Below are positions 36,511-46,443 of a stretch of DNA of 64,000 nucleotides, piece by piece (position 1 is the first letter of the stretch; the number at the start of each line of letters is the position of its first letter). Source of the stretch: Verrucomicrobiota bacterium (GTDB taxonomy: Bacteria > Verrucomicrobiota > Verrucomicrobiia > Limisphaerales > UBA9464); NCBI GenBank assembly GCA_016871805.1, contig VHCG01000009.1, positions 6,545 through 70,544 of the forward strand. Direction: 5' to 3'. Both the position numbers and the translations under genes were made by a program. The notes under the pieces are model-generated. The model worked only from the letters and a program-made list of their open reading frames with translations, was not told the origin of the DNA and did not search any database.

Positions 36511-37965
36511 TCAGCTGAACAACCCGAGGACCGGGTCCGCCTGCACAAGTTCCCGCGGCTGGTTCAGGTGGTTCATCACGATCGTGTGCGGGTCGATTCC
36601 CAAGGCGTGGTAGATCGTGGCCACGATCTGTGTCGGGTGCACCGCATTCTCCGCCGGGCTGCTGCCCGTGGCGTCGGACTTGCCGTAGAGCGCTCCACGG
36701 GAGACCCCGGCGCCGGCAATGAAGGCGGTGTAGCAGTAGGGCCAGTGGTCGCGTCCGTCCGGGGAATTGGTGTTCCCACTGGTGCTGACCCCGAGCCGGG
36801 GACTGCGTCCGAATTCACCCAGGGCGACCACCAGCGTCTCCTTGAGGAGGCCACGCTGATCCATGTCCTCGATGAGCGTGCTCAGCCCGGAGTCGAGCTT
36901 TGGACAGTGCAGGTTGCGGAGGGGGCCGAAGTTTGCCGCATGGGTGTCCCAGGCGTCGACCGTCGGGTCGCCGTTTGCGACGGCGGGCCAGTTCATCTGC
37001 ACCACGCGCGTGCCGGCCTCGATGAGCCGTCGCGCCAGGAGACAGCCCTGTCCGAAGGTGTGCCGACCGTAGCGATCGCGCAGGGCATCGGGCTCCTTGG
37101 CGAGGTCGAACGCATCGCGGGCGCGTCCGCTGCTCACGAGGTCGAACGCCTTCTGGTAGTAGCTGTCGAGCGCGTACTTGCCAACGGCCTTCTCCATGTC
37201 GGGCATCGCCTCGTTGATCTTCTTGAGCAGAGTCTCACGGCGTCCGAGCCGCTCCGCACTGACCTCCTTGCGGAGCGTCAGGTCGGCCAGGTTGATGTCC
37301 TTCGCAGGGTCCTGGTAGAAATAGTAGGGGTCGTAGGCCGCGCCGAGAAACCCGGCCGTACCGCCTTTGCCGATGACGTTCGACTCCTGCAGCGCACGCG
37401 GGAGCATCACGAACGGCAGCATAGGGACCTCGGGTGGCTTGAGCCGGGCGATCTGGGAGCCGAGGTGAGGGAAGTCGTTGGGTGCGGGTGGCTCGAGCTG
37501 GCCGGACGGCGAGACACGGTCCGGCGTGTAGCCGGTCATGATCTGGTAGATCGCCGCCGTGTGGTTGAAGAGTCCCACCGGTGTGTAGCTCATCGAGCGG
37601 ATCAGGGTCGCCTTGTCGAGCTGCTGCGCCAGACGCGGCATGACCTCGCTGACCTGGATGCCGGGGACCTTGGTCCGGATGGGCTTGAAGTCGCCGCGGA
37701 TGTTGGACGGTGCACCGGGCTTGGGATCCCAGATGTCGATGTGACTCGGTCCGCCCTGGAGGTAGAGGATGATGACCGATTTGGCTCCACCCCACCCGTT
37801 CTTGGGCTGGCCTGATGCGGGTCCGACTGCAGGGTTCTGACCGGCCTGAAGGCGGAGGATGTCGGCCAGGCTCAGGCCGGCGAGGCCGGCGCCGCCGAGG
37901 CGGAGGAATTCGCGGCGGCTGAAGCCGTCGCACGTGGCGCCGTATTTTCCGGGGACGGAGATCAT
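36511..37965 (-). CDS. DUF1501 domain protein (sulfatase-fold, Tat-type signal)
   Basis: Sequence has [34 protein letters not shown] and [12 protein letters not shown], the characteristic DUF1501 end motif. It lies 13 nt downstream of the DUF1549/DUF1553 gene on the same strand. Confidence 0.85.
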   Translation of the reverse strand: MISVPGKYGATCDGFSRREFLRLGGAGLAGLSLADILRLQAGQNPAVGPASGQPKNGWGGAKSVIILYLQGGPSHIDIWDPKPGAPSNIRGDFKPIRTKVPGIQVSEVMPRLAQQLDKATLIRSMSYTPVGLFNHTAAIYQIMTGYTPDRVSPSGQLEPPAPNDFPHLGSQIARLKPPEVPMLPFVMLPRALQESNVIGKGGTAGFLGAAYDPYYFYQDPAKDINLADLTLRKEVSAERLGRRETLLKKINEAMPDMEKAVGKYALDSYYQKAFDLVSSGRARDAFDLAKEPDALRDRYGRHTFGQGCLLARRLIEAGTRVVQMNWPAVANGDPTVDAWDTHAANFGPLRNLHCPKLDSGLSTLIEDMDQRGLLKETLVVALGEFGRSPRLGVSTSGNTNSPDGRDHWPYCYTAFIAGAGVSRGALYGKSDATGSSPAENAVHPTQIVATIYHALGIDPHTIVMNHLNQPRELVQADPVLGLFS

Positions 37966-37978
37966 GGGAGGTCGGGGT

Positions 37979-40519
37979 TCAACGATTGAAGAGGAAGGCG
38001 GGACTGTTGAGGAGCGCCCAGGCGAGATCTTGGGCTCCTTCGAGGCGCTGGTCGCCCTCGCCGAGACGGAGGCCGGTGACCTCGCGCTCGGTGGGCAGGC
38101 GGTTGAGGCAGCTCAGATAGATCTCCTCCACCACCTTGCGGTCGTCGGACTCCGACTTCACCAGCTTCGCGAGCCGGTTCTCGGGGCTGCTAACGCATTC
38201 ACCGAGGGTGGGGCCGTTGATCAGGTTCAGCGCATGCGAGAGCGTCACATTGCTGGACCGTTCGCACTCGCAGGCGCTCTGCCGCTTGGGACGGCCGAAG
38301 AGTGCGAGGAAGTCGTTCCCGCCCACCATGCCATCGGGCACCTCCACCGCACGGAGTCCCGAAGGCAGGTCCTTGAACTGCGGACGATGGCCGGTTGCCA
38401 CCGCGACGGCATCGAGCATCTGCTCGGCGCTCAGCCGGCGTGGGGTGGCGTGGGAGAAATTGACGAGGTCATCCTCGTTCCAGCGGTTCGGGATGATGCT
38501 CAGCTGGTAAGTCCGAGACTGGCAGAGGGTCCAGATCAGCTTCTGCACGTCATGGCCGCTCGCGATGAAGTCGCGGGTCAGGGTGTCGAGCAGCTCGGGG
38601 TTGCTGGGCGGGTTCCCAGCCCGGATGTCATCAACCGGATCAATGATTCCGCGTCCGAACAGATAGCTCCAGAAGCGGTTGACCGTGGACTTGGCGAAGT
38701 ACGGGTTGTCCTTCGAGGTGAGCCAATCGGCGAAGACCTCGCGTCGGTCCTGTCCTGCCTGCGGCTCCTTGGCGGTGCCGTAGGGGACTTTCGGGGGCAT
38801 CACCCGCCCGTCCTTCGGATGCTTGGATTCCCCACCATTGTAGTTCTGGTAGACGATGTCCTCGGAGACCTGCTCGGAGGCGTAGGTCTCGTTGGGTCGG
38901 ATCAGCACGTCGCGACCGAGGGTTCCGCGCTTGAAGGCGACCTGGGAGAAGTAGGCGCCGAACTGGTAGTACTGGTTCTGCGTCCAGCGCTCGAATGGAT
39001 GGTCATGGCACTTGTTACAGTTGAACCGCACGCCCAGAAAGGTCTGCGACACATCCTCGGTCATCTTGTCCGGATCCCGGAGGGCCCGGAGATAGTTTCC
39101 CGCGGGGTTCTCGAAGGTGCTGCCCTTGGCTAGGATCAGGTCCCGGACGAACTGGTCGAATGGTCGGTTCTTGGCGAGCTGTTGTTCGATCCAAGTCCGG
39201 AAGACCCAGACCCCCTTCTTCCCGAGATTCTCCGAGTTGCACTGGAGGAGGTCGGCGAATTTGTTGGCCCAGAACGCGGCGTACGCGGGCGAACCCAGGA
39301 GCTCGTCGATGACCGTGTCGCGCTTGGTGCGCTGGGCGGTCTTGTCGTCGAGGAAGGCCCGGACGCGGTCCGACGTAGGAGGCTGGCCGGTGAGGTCGAG
39401 ATACACCCGGCGGATGAACTCGGCATCGGTGCAGAGGTCGCTGGGGTTGATCTTCATCCGCGACAGCTTGGCGTTCACCAGGCGGTCGACGGCGTTGTTC
39501 TCAGGCATCGGCTGGAAGGCGAATCCCTGCCGGTCGCCCATCACCACGACTTCGCGTGCCGTGTAGAGGCCTTCATAGCGGACCAACACAGCCATCTCAC
39601 CGCGGCGGAGCGCCGTGAGGGTGTTGTCCTTCACCAGGGCGATCTCCTCGTTGTTGCTGGAGAGCACCGCCTCGCGGGTGACGTCTCGCGTGGTGTCATC
39701 GGTATAGGTGGCGATAACGAGGAACTGCTGCTGGCGTCCGGGGAGGTCGATCTCGACGGCCGACGGCAGGACGGTCAGCTCCTTGGGCCGGGCCGGGCCG
39801 GGGTCTTCATACCGGGCCCCCTCGGTGATCCATTGGCGGAGCAGTGTGTGGTAGCGCGACCCTGGGCGGATCGCCTGTCCCCCCTCGTGCGGGACGTCGG
39901 CAAGGGGCTTCTGGAGCATCAGGGACTCGTCGACATTGACGCGGTTGAAGCGGCGTCCGGCGAGGTCCTGGATGAGCGCCTGATAGTCGTATTCGGGATC
40001 GTAGCCGCGGAGGGAGAGCTTGAAGCCGTTCTTGCCCTTGGCGGAGCCGTGGCAGGTGCCCTGGTTGCAGTTGGCGCGGCCGAGGACGGGCTCGAGATCC
40101 CGGACAAAGCCCACCGGCAGGGTCTGGGTGGAGGTGACCTCGACCGGGAGCGAGGCCGAGAGGCCGCCGGCGGTGATCCGGACAGTGGTCTTGCCGACGC
40201 CCTTGGGAGTCAGGAACTGGTTAGGATCGACCGCGACATTCCCACCCTCGGGCTTCAGCACCGCTTCCGAGGTCAGGTCCACGATGCCGCCGTCCTTGCG
40301 CTCCCCGAGCACCAGGACCTTCCGGGCATCCCGGGAATGGCCCAGGGTAATGGAGGACGGTTCGAGGCGGAGTCCCTTGAGGGACGGAAGAGCGGGTTTC
40401 GCGGGGATGGCCTTGTCGGAGGCCGCGGTCGGCGCACCCAGCGTCGGGAATCCGGTGATCCCGACCAGCAGGATGGCTGCAGCGAGAGCGTGGAGGGCGT
40501 GGTTCATCGGGGACCTCAC
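37979..40519 (-). CDS. DUF1549/DUF1553 (PSCyt2/PSD1) domain protein with N-terminal Ig-like (Big_2-type) domains
   Basis: Signal peptide, then Ig-like segments ([22 protein letters not shown]). A CNQGTCHG motif follows, and then a CXXCH motif in [14 protein letters not shown] (CNKCH at 39005-39019). A DUF1553-like C-terminal half includes CECERS...LNLINGP and [11 protein letters not shown]. Confidence 0.85.
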   Translation of the reverse strand: MRSPMNHALHALAAAILLVGITGFPTLGAPTAASDKAIPAKPALPSLKGLRLEPSSITLGHSRDARKVLVLGERKDGGIVDLTSEAVLKPEGGNVAVDPNQFLTPKGVGKTTVRITAGGLSASLPVEVTSTQTLPVGFVRDLEPVLGRANCNQGTCHGSAKGKNGFKLSLRGYDPEYDYQALIQDLAGRRFNRVNVDESLMLQKPLADVPHEGGQAIRPGSRYHTLLRQWITEGARYEDPGPARPKELTVLPSAVEIDLPGRQQQFLVIATYTDDTTRDVTREAVLSSNNEEIALVKDNTLTALRRGEMAVLVRYEGLYTAREVVVMGDRQGFAFQPMPENNAVDRLVNAKLSRMKINPSDLCTDAEFIRRVYLDLTGQPPTSDRVRAFLDDKTAQRTKRDTVIDELLGSPAYAAFWANKFADLLQCNSENLGKKGVWVFRTWIEQQLAKNRPFDQFVRDLILAKGSTFENPAGNYLRALRDPDKMTEDVSQTFLGVRFNCNKCHDHPFERWTQNQYYQFGAYFSQVAFKRGTLGRDVLIRPNETYASEQVSEDIVYQNYNGGESKHPKDGRVMPPKVPYGTAKEPQAGQDRREVFADWLTSKDNPYFAKSTVNRFWSYLFGRGIIDPVDDIRAGNPPSNPELLDTLTRDFIASGHDVQKLIWTLCQSRTYQLSIIPNRWNEDDLVNFSHATPRRLSAEQMLDAVAVATGHRPQFKDLPSGLRAVEVPDGMVGGNDFLALFGRPKRQSACECERSSNVTLSHALNLINGPTLGECVSSPENRLAKLVKSESDDRKVVEEIYLSCLNRLPTEREVTGLRLGEGDQRLEGAQDLAWALLNSPAFLFNR

Positions 40520-40596
40520 TGACGCTAGGCATCGAGGACCACCCCCTCAAGCGTCATTCCCGGGATTACGTGTGAGCCCCAGCGACGAGTCCTCCT

Positions 40597-40674
40597 GAGC
40601 GGTGGCCCTCCGAGCGGGTGGGTGCTGGACCGGTGGTGCCGAATGGGTGGCTGCCGCACCGGTGGGTGCCGCAG
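40597..40674. repeat. Degenerate tandem repeat, 4-5 units of about 14-15 nt (CGGTGG(G)TGCCGNAN)
   Basis: The units are GCGGTGGCCCTCC, GCGGGTGGGTGCTGGAC, CGGTGGTGCCGAAT, GGGTGGCTGCCGCAC and CGGTGGGTGCCGCAG. They run into REP-like copy 2, within the 258-nt region upstream of the DUF1549/1553 gene. Confidence 0.6.
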
Positions 40675-40722
40675 TGCCCTGCGGCACTGGGTGCGCTAGC
40701 GCCCACCTCCGTGGGGTCCAAC
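40644..40722. repeat. REP-like palindromic intergenic element, copy 2
   Basis: The core at 40660-40691 is identical to 29698-29729, with the hairpin at 40666-40687. By eye the flanks are about 75 percent similar to copy 1 (TGGGTGGCTGCC vs TGGGACGCTGCC; ...CCGTGGGGTCCAA vs ...CCGTGGGAGGTTCAA). Confidence 0.8.
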
Positions 40723-40777
40723 CCATTCCCCTCTAGGTCACCATCAATACTCCACCCCGGAAGACCCGCCGCCCCGC

Positions 40778-41362
40778 TCAGAGCCGGGCCTTGATGGCTC
40801 GGATCCCGTAGCCGAGGCCCGGTACGTGCTCGAACAGCCCTGAGGTGCTGTCCCAGTAGTCTTGGTGGATCAGAATCCGGCCGGTCTTGTCGAAGCGGAC
40901 CAGGGTGATGCCCGGTGTCGTGATCGTTTCGCCCTTCGCGACCTTCTTCATCCGGACTTTCATGATCCAGCGGAAGTAATAGTATCCGTCCTGGCTTCGG
41001 GTGACGTCCTGGAAGTCCGCCGTGAAGCTCTCTGCCGCATCCAGGGTCTGGCGGAAGTATTCCTGAATCTGCTGGGGGCCGTGGAGGGTCTTGAGCGTGT
41101 CGTTGAGGTAGGCGTTCGCGGCGTAGAGTCGCGGGACCTCGGTGTTGACGGCATCCAGCGTCATCCGTCCGAGGAACACCTTTACCCGCTCGATCGCCTG
41201 GGCCTCCTCCGGGGATCCCGGGGTCAGGTTGCCCTCGGTTTTGAACTGCTCGGTGGCCTCGAGGAAGGCGGCGGCCGGATTGGAGTTCCGTGGCACCGTG
41301 GAGCATCCCCCGACGACGAGCAGGATGACGGCGAGAAGAACGAGGGAAATGCGCAGAGCCAT
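40778..41362 (-). CDS. NTF2-like (SnoaL-type) lipoprotein, function unknown
   Basis: ATG at 41360-41362 gives MALRISLVLLAVILLVVGGCS, a lipobox. The rest resembles NTF2/SnoaL folds (YAANAYLNDTL...FRWIMKVRMKK...TLVRFDKTGRILIHQDYWD). Confidence 0.55.
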   Translation of the reverse strand: MALRISLVLLAVILLVVGGCSTVPRNSNPAAAFLEATEQFKTEGNLTPGSPEEAQAIERVKVFLGRMTLDAVNTEVPRLYAANAYLNDTLKTLHGPQQIQEYFRQTLDAAESFTADFQDVTRSQDGYYYFRWIMKVRMKKVAKGETITTPGITLVRFDKTGRILIHQDYWDSTSGLFEHVPGLGYGIRAIKARL

Positions 41363-41460
41363 GGAGCAAGGTGGTGGCGAACCGGGGTTCGGCAATGGCG
41401 CCAATTCATTGGTGGGACTTCTTCGATTTCTCGGACGGAGATCAAGAGAGATCAGCCACT

Positions 41461-41673
41461 ATGGAAATCGTCATCAAAACTCATCCCCTCAAAGCCCGGT
41501 ACAAGTTCGACGCCACGTTCAAAATGGAGGCTATCCGGTACTGGCTGGGTAGCGGCAAGTCCACTGTTGTCGTTGCCAAGGAACTTGGGTTAGGTCCGGC
41601 CGCGGGGACCCAATTCTGGCACTCTGCAGGCAACTGGGTAAGCCCCAGAGAATGCTTATCGCTTGCGCTTTGA
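41461..41673 (+). mobile_element. IS3-family transposase OrfA (HTH) remnant
   Basis: The ORF reads MEIVIKTHPLKARYKFDATFKMEAIRYWLGSGKSTVVVAKELGLG... This matches the IS3/IS911 OrfA pattern (R-x-F-x-x-x-F-K-x-E-A-V...G-x-S-x-x-x-V-A-x-E-L-G-I). Similarity is lost after ELGL, and I saw no OrfB/DDE part or inverted repeats. GC is locally lower. Confidence 0.5.
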
Positions 41674-41696
41674 CCTCCGCTAAGGAGTCTTGAGCC

Positions 41697-43139
41697 TTGT
41701 TTCCGTCTCAAAAAAATTTTCTGAACGAGGCCATCTCACTGCTCGCCAGAGGTCGACTGGCGGTACTGTTGATCGTAGGTCCATGGGGTCCGATACGGGC
41801 CGATCAGGCATCACCCCAGACCGTTCAATGGTGGCTCTCTTCTGAGGATCTCAAGGCGCGACTAGAACGGCAAACCGATCTTTATTTTGGGTTCGGCACC
41901 GGGTCAGCGCCATCCGGAACCCGCATCGAAATTGATGAGGCCAGCATCCACCAGTCCGTCATCGGCCTCGGCAGTTCCTTCGAACACAGCACCTGCCACA
42001 ATCTCAGTGTCCTTCCCGAGGCCCAGCGGGAGCGCGTGATACAGAGTCTGGTGGACCCGGACACCGGAATCGGTATGAGCCTGATGCGTCTTTGCATCGG
42101 CACCTCAGACTTCGCCCCGGGGCCGTTCTACACCTATGACGACATGCCCGACGGACAGGAAGATCCTCGGCTGGAGAAATTCTCGATCGATCGAGACCGG
42201 GAATATGTGCTGCCCGTGATCACGTCGGCACAGCGTCTCCGCCCTGGGTTGCGCTTTTTCGCCTCACCCTGGACGCCGCCGACCTGGATGAAGACGAACC
42301 GGCGCATTGGCGGCGGGTCCCTCCGACCCGAGTGCCGCCCCTATTTTGCGGAATATCTTGTCCGATTTCTTGAGGCCTACCGTCGTGAAGGGGTCGAGAT
42401 CGATGCCATCACCGTGCAGAACGAACCGGAGTTTGGCCCTGCTGCCTATCCGAGCTGCCTCTGGACGGCCAGGGAGCAGCGCGACTTCATCCGAGACCAC
42501 CTTGGTCCACTCCTCAAGGCCCGAGGCCTGAAGACTACGATCTGGGCCTTCGATCACAATTTCAACAACCCCGGGTTCCCCGCGACGATTCTCAAGGACC
42601 CTGCTGCGGCACAGTTCGTCTCCGGAAGCGCTTTCCATCTCTATGAGGGACGTCCGGAGGCGATGAGTCGCCTCCATCGTGAGTTTCCCAACAAGGCAGT
42701 GCTCTTCTCCGAAGGCTCCGTCTATGGGGCACTCGGTGGTGCGCAGATCATCTCCTACTTCCGGAACTGGGCGGGTAGCTACAATGCGTGGGTGACGATG
42801 ATCGACCGGAACGGCAAGCCGAACATCTCCGGTTTCCACGAGTGCTCACCGACCATTGTCGTTCTGGATCCGGCGTCCCTTGCGGTGGAGTACCGTTCAG
42901 ACTTCTACATATATGGGCAGTTCATGCGGTTCATCCGTCCTGGTGCGGTGCGGATTGGGACCACGGCGACGTCGGGTGGCGTATCCAATGTAGGATTCCG
43001 GAATCCGGATGGCAGCCTAGTCGTTGTTATTGCCAACACCACCAAAGCCCAGCCCGACATTCTTATCTCGTGGAGGGGGACTCGTCTCACGACTCGGCTC
43101 ACCCCCCTGTCCGTTGCCACGCTGGTTTGGAAACCATGA
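41697..43139 (+). CDS. Glycoside hydrolase family 30 (glucosylceramidase/beta-1,6-glucanase-type)
   Basis: Motifs are GLGSSFEHSTCHNL, FASPWTPPTWMKTN, ITVQNEPEF and WAFDHN. TTG 41697 is the first possible start because the frame opens at 41694. It is preceded by AAGGAG (41682-41687) with a 9-nt spacer. Confidence 0.85.
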   Translation: MFPSQKNFLNEAISLLARGRLAVLLIVGPWGPIRADQASPQTVQWWLSSEDLKARLERQTDLYFGFGTGSAPSGTRIEIDEASIHQSVIGLGSSFEHSTCHNLSVLPEAQRERVIQSLVDPDTGIGMSLMRLCIGTSDFAPGPFYTYDDMPDGQEDPRLEKFSIDRDREYVLPVITSAQRLRPGLRFFASPWTPPTWMKTNRRIGGGSLRPECRPYFAEYLVRFLEAYRREGVEIDAITVQNEPEFGPAAYPSCLWTAREQRDFIRDHLGPLLKARGLKTTIWAFDHNFNNPGFPATILKDPAAAQFVSGSAFHLYEGRPEAMSRLHREFPNKAVLFSEGSVYGALGGAQIISYFRNWAGSYNAWVTMIDRNGKPNISGFHECSPTIVVLDPASLAVEYRSDFYIYGQFMRFIRPGAVRIGTTATSGGVSNVGFRNPDGSLVVVIANTTKAQPDILISWRGTRLTTRLTPLSVATLVWKP

Positions 43140-43257
43140 CCGTTTTCCGACTTTTTCCCGGGCCCTTCCTCCTGAGCACCTCTTTTCAAACCCCTTCGAT
43201 CTACACGGGTCTCCTCGATGTTCAGCGGGGAATTCTTCCCAGGTTTTATTCCAGTCT

Positions 43258-45363
43258 ATGATTTCCCTCCCAACATCCCGTATTGTCCTGCGCTCCGTGT
43301 CCCGACTGTGGCGTCCCCTTGCCTCGCTCCTTTTGGGATTCCAGATTGTCTCGGGTCCCAACGCCCAGGCTGCGGTCCTGTCCCTCGAAGGAGTCCACGT
43401 GGTCCCGCATCTGCAGTCGACGGAGATGCAGTATCGGAAGAAGCCGGACTTCAGCCTCGGCGCACGGGTTGAAGTGTTCCTTCGCAACGACTTCGCGGAC
43501 ACGCTGACCTTGCCGGCTTCGACCGACATCCGGCTCAGGGGACGGACCCCAGAGGAGCTGTTGGCGTCGGACGACTGGGCGTGGCACGAACTCCCTTCGG
43601 CCTGGGGCGGCGAGCCTCTGAAACTTCCTCCCGGCGCCATGACGGTCTGGAGCTGGAATGGTAAGCGGGCACCCTGGGGGACCAACACCGCCATCGATCT
43701 CTTGATCCACTGGCCCGGTTCCGCATCCACCGAACGCCTCGAGGTTCCCATCGCCAGTCCCACAGCTTGGCTGTCCGCTGTGACCTTTCTGGGCTCGGCC
43801 ACCCACCCGACACCCGATTCCCTCGTCTTTCATGTGGTCAACAACACCCCGGGGCCACTGACGCTGAAGGCTTTTCGCCTCTGGCTGCCGGAGTCGAGTA
43901 CCTCGTGGCGGGTGTTGCGCCCACAGGCCTGGTTGGAACAGGGCCTGAAGGCCTTCCCGGCCAATGGGGTTATCCCGCCCCACAATCGAGGTGGCGCCCG
44001 CGTGGAGACCGGACCCCTGCCGCTCACCTACGGAGGGATCGAAGTGCGGCTCGTCGATGCCGCTGGTAGGACGGTGACGGTCTGGTCGCACCAGCGCATC
44101 AAGCGTGAGGTGTTCGACATCAGCGGCGGTTGGGTGCACGACACCAGCGGGGGTGGTCGCAAGCCGCTTGAGTCGGTGCCCTTCCTGAAGACCCTGAAGC
44201 GGATCCATGTGAACACCGCGCACATCCAGGAGACCCCCGGCTACACGGACCAGACAGGTCCGGATGGCCTCTACACGCGGTATCCGCTGAAGTACTTCAG
44301 CAAGCTGGAGCCGACCTCCCATTACGACTCCGATGCTGTGTTGCCCCGGGTCCACGCCGTCGAATTCCTGGGGGAACCCCAATACGGCGGGGGGAAGCCC
44401 GTCTCGCCCCAGGACTGCTGGAAGGCGTTGTCGCCCTATGCGCCGACTCGGCTGCCCACCTCGGTGACCCACAGCGAGGAGCGCCTGTGGCGGTTCTACG
44501 CCGGCATCTCGGACTACCCCCACTACGATGCCTACCGGGTGACGGCGCCGTCGCCGGACGCCTGGGGTCAGTATGACCGGTGGGACGGCCAAAAGATCCG
44601 GTGGGGCGCACCGCTCGAGACCATCGGCGAGATGTGCCGCTCGCTCCGAGAGTTGAACCGGCCGCGTCCGACCGCGTACTGGTCACAGGGACCGCATCAC
44701 GATTGGAACGGCTACGGCGGCCGCAAGCGGGGATCACCGACGCCCGACGAGCTCCGGCTGCAGGCGTATCATGCCCTCTCGAGCCGGATCACCTCGCTCT
44801 ACTGGTTCAACCTCAGCCTCCGCTCGCTGGTGACCTTCCCGGACCTGATCCAGCCGATGATGCGCATCGGACGCGAAATCCGCATGCTGGAGGACCATTA
44901 TCTTGAGGGCGACGCCGTCGGTCACGAGCGGATCCTCCGCGAGGGGAAGCCCGATTGGGATCTCGATGTCGTGGCGGGCCCGCGGGGCGCGGTCCTGTTC
45001 GCGCTCGACCTGGCGTATGAGGCGGACCGTGAGGAACGGGTGTTCCGGTTCGGTGCGCCGCGTGCGGTTGTCTTTCGCTTCCCGCTTCCCAGCTATCTGA
45101 AGTCCCCGGCGGAGGTGTTCCGGGTGGATGCCGACGGGATCACGGCGGTGGAGCACTCGGTCCGTGACGGGGTCGTGACCCTCCGAGACCAGGCCAGCCG
45201 GGTGGCGATCTACGTCGCCTCGGCTACGTTTGGGGAGAAAGCCCGCTTGGAGGCCCGCCGCACCGCGCTGGTGGCGGGGGAGCGGTCGATCGACTTCGAT
45301 CCCGCCCAGCGCCCGGAGGATCTGGCCGTGCTCAGCGAAATGTTGCGGGCTAAGAAGAACTGA
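43258..45363 (+). CDS. Hypothetical secreted protein, 701 aa (unknown family, possibly carbohydrate-active by context)
   Basis: ATG 43258 gives a signal-like MISLPTSRIVLRSVSRLWRPLASLLLGFQIVSGPNAQA. The frame is long and uninterrupted with ordinary composition. I recognise no motifs. The track start at 43024 overlaps the GH30 gene. Confidence 0.6.
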   Translation: MISLPTSRIVLRSVSRLWRPLASLLLGFQIVSGPNAQAAVLSLEGVHVVPHLQSTEMQYRKKPDFSLGARVEVFLRNDFADTLTLPASTDIRLRGRTPEELLASDDWAWHELPSAWGGEPLKLPPGAMTVWSWNGKRAPWGTNTAIDLLIHWPGSASTERLEVPIASPTAWLSAVTFLGSATHPTPDSLVFHVVNNTPGPLTLKAFRLWLPESSTSWRVLRPQAWLEQGLKAFPANGVIPPHNRGGARVETGPLPLTYGGIEVRLVDAAGRTVTVWSHQRIKREVFDISGGWVHDTSGGGRKPLESVPFLKTLKRIHVNTAHIQETPGYTDQTGPDGLYTRYPLKYFSKLEPTSHYDSDAVLPRVHAVEFLGEPQYGGGKPVSPQDCWKALSPYAPTRLPTSVTHSEERLWRFYAGISDYPHYDAYRVTAPSPDAWGQYDRWDGQKIRWGAPLETIGEMCRSLRELNRPRPTAYWSQGPHHDWNGYGGRKRGSPTPDELRLQAYHALSSRITSLYWFNLSLRSLVTFPDLIQPMMRIGREIRMLEDHYLEGDAVGHERILREGKPDWDLDVVAGPRGAVLFALDLAYEADREERVFRFGAPRAVVFRFPLPSYLKSPAEVFRVDADGITAVEHSVRDGVVTLRDQASRVAIYVASATFGEKARLEARRTALVAGERSIDFDPAQRPEDLAVLSEMLRAKKN

Positions 45364-45456
45364 ACGGAATGATGGGCTGCGATCCCAATCCCCAGGGTCC
45401 TGGGGCTTTGCCTTGCTATCGGAGGCGGTGCGTTCCTGCCCCCCCCAGTTTGGATC

Positions 45457-46443
45457 TCAGCTCGCCCTCAGTCCCAGAAGGGACTGGAACGAGACGGTCG
45501 ACTCGATGGTGGCCGCCCGACGGTTCCACAGGCGCAGTGTCCCCGTGTCCGATTCCTGTTCCAGACGTTCCGCGACATCGCCCGGGATGGCTCCAAACCG
45601 TTCCTTGAGAAGGTCCTCGATCGATTCTCGCAGCGCCGAGACCTGTCCTTCGGCTTGTCCGTGGGAGATTCCTTGGGAGATGTCCTTTGAGAGTCCCTAT
45701 TCCATGGCGACGCGTTCGAGTGTGGTGACGAAAGGCATGGTCTTGTATGGGTCAGATTGCTTGAGCTGGTGACGGAATTCAATGTCCAGCTCCTCAGTCA
45801 GGGATGTCATACGCTCCAGCATGGTGAAAAGCCGGTGGAGATCACGGCGAAGAAACCCTTGTTGGAGCAGCTGCCGGATCCACTGGAGCTTTATCCTGCA
45901 TCGCTGGGGTGAGTCGCTGGTGGTCCGATGCGCGATCCGTTGGGCGAGGATCACCTTGGCGATGGGATTCCGGCTCCGGAGAAGCAACTCGTCCTTGAAG
46001 TCCAGGAGCTTGCAGGAGAGGTAGTCGAACCGGCTCCGACACCCCCAGAGTTTGTGCTCATAGGGTCCGGGTCGCCAGAGGGGATCGTGGGCCAGGATCA
46101 CCAAGGAAACCACGGGCCGACCCCGGAGCTCGACCAGCCGGCTGTGGTACCGATACATCCGGAATGCCATCTCGGAATCGCGATGGGACTGGGTCTCGGT
46201 GTGGAGCAGGACGTCCTGAGGGAGGCCATCGGAACGGGTAACTCCGATGAGACGGTCCAGGTGCTGACGTCCGAGTTCGGCATCGTAGGCGATCTTCCCG
46301 AGTTCCGTGTCGAGATAGACCGGAGGTTTGGACCCATCGATGCCCCGATGAACCGGCTGTTGGCAGAGCCGGAGGAACGGACGGAGGAAGAAGTCCCAAG
46401 CCTCCTTCCAGGCGCCGTCAAAATCGGGAACTGGATCGGACAT
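45457..46443 (-). pseudogene. Rpn-family recombination-promoting nuclease/putative transposase (PD-(D/E)XK) interrupted by one in-frame TAG before its DUF4351-like tail
   Basis: The 248-aa ORF 45697..46443 reads ...LDRLIGVTRSDGLPQDVLLHTETQSHRDSEMAFRMYRYHSRLVE...PVVSLVILA, which is the Rpn/YhgA-like core. My translation continues in the same frame after TAG (45697-45699). It gives GLSKDISQGISHGQAEGQVSALRESIEDLLKERFGAIPGDVAERLEQESDTGTLRLWNRRAATIES...* and ends at TGA 45457-45459, a typical DUF4351 tail. Confidence 0.7.

Noticed and set aside
40597-40722. CRISPR-like array
   Set aside because: The repeats are only about 14-15 nt, degenerate and contiguous, with no spacers. No cas genes are in the window. 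I called it a tandem repeat plus a REP-like element instead.
43024-43257. Upstream extension of the 701-aa hypothetical protein (track start 43024)
   Set aside because: It overlaps the 3' end of the GH30 gene in another frame. A much better signal-peptide start exists at ATG 43258.
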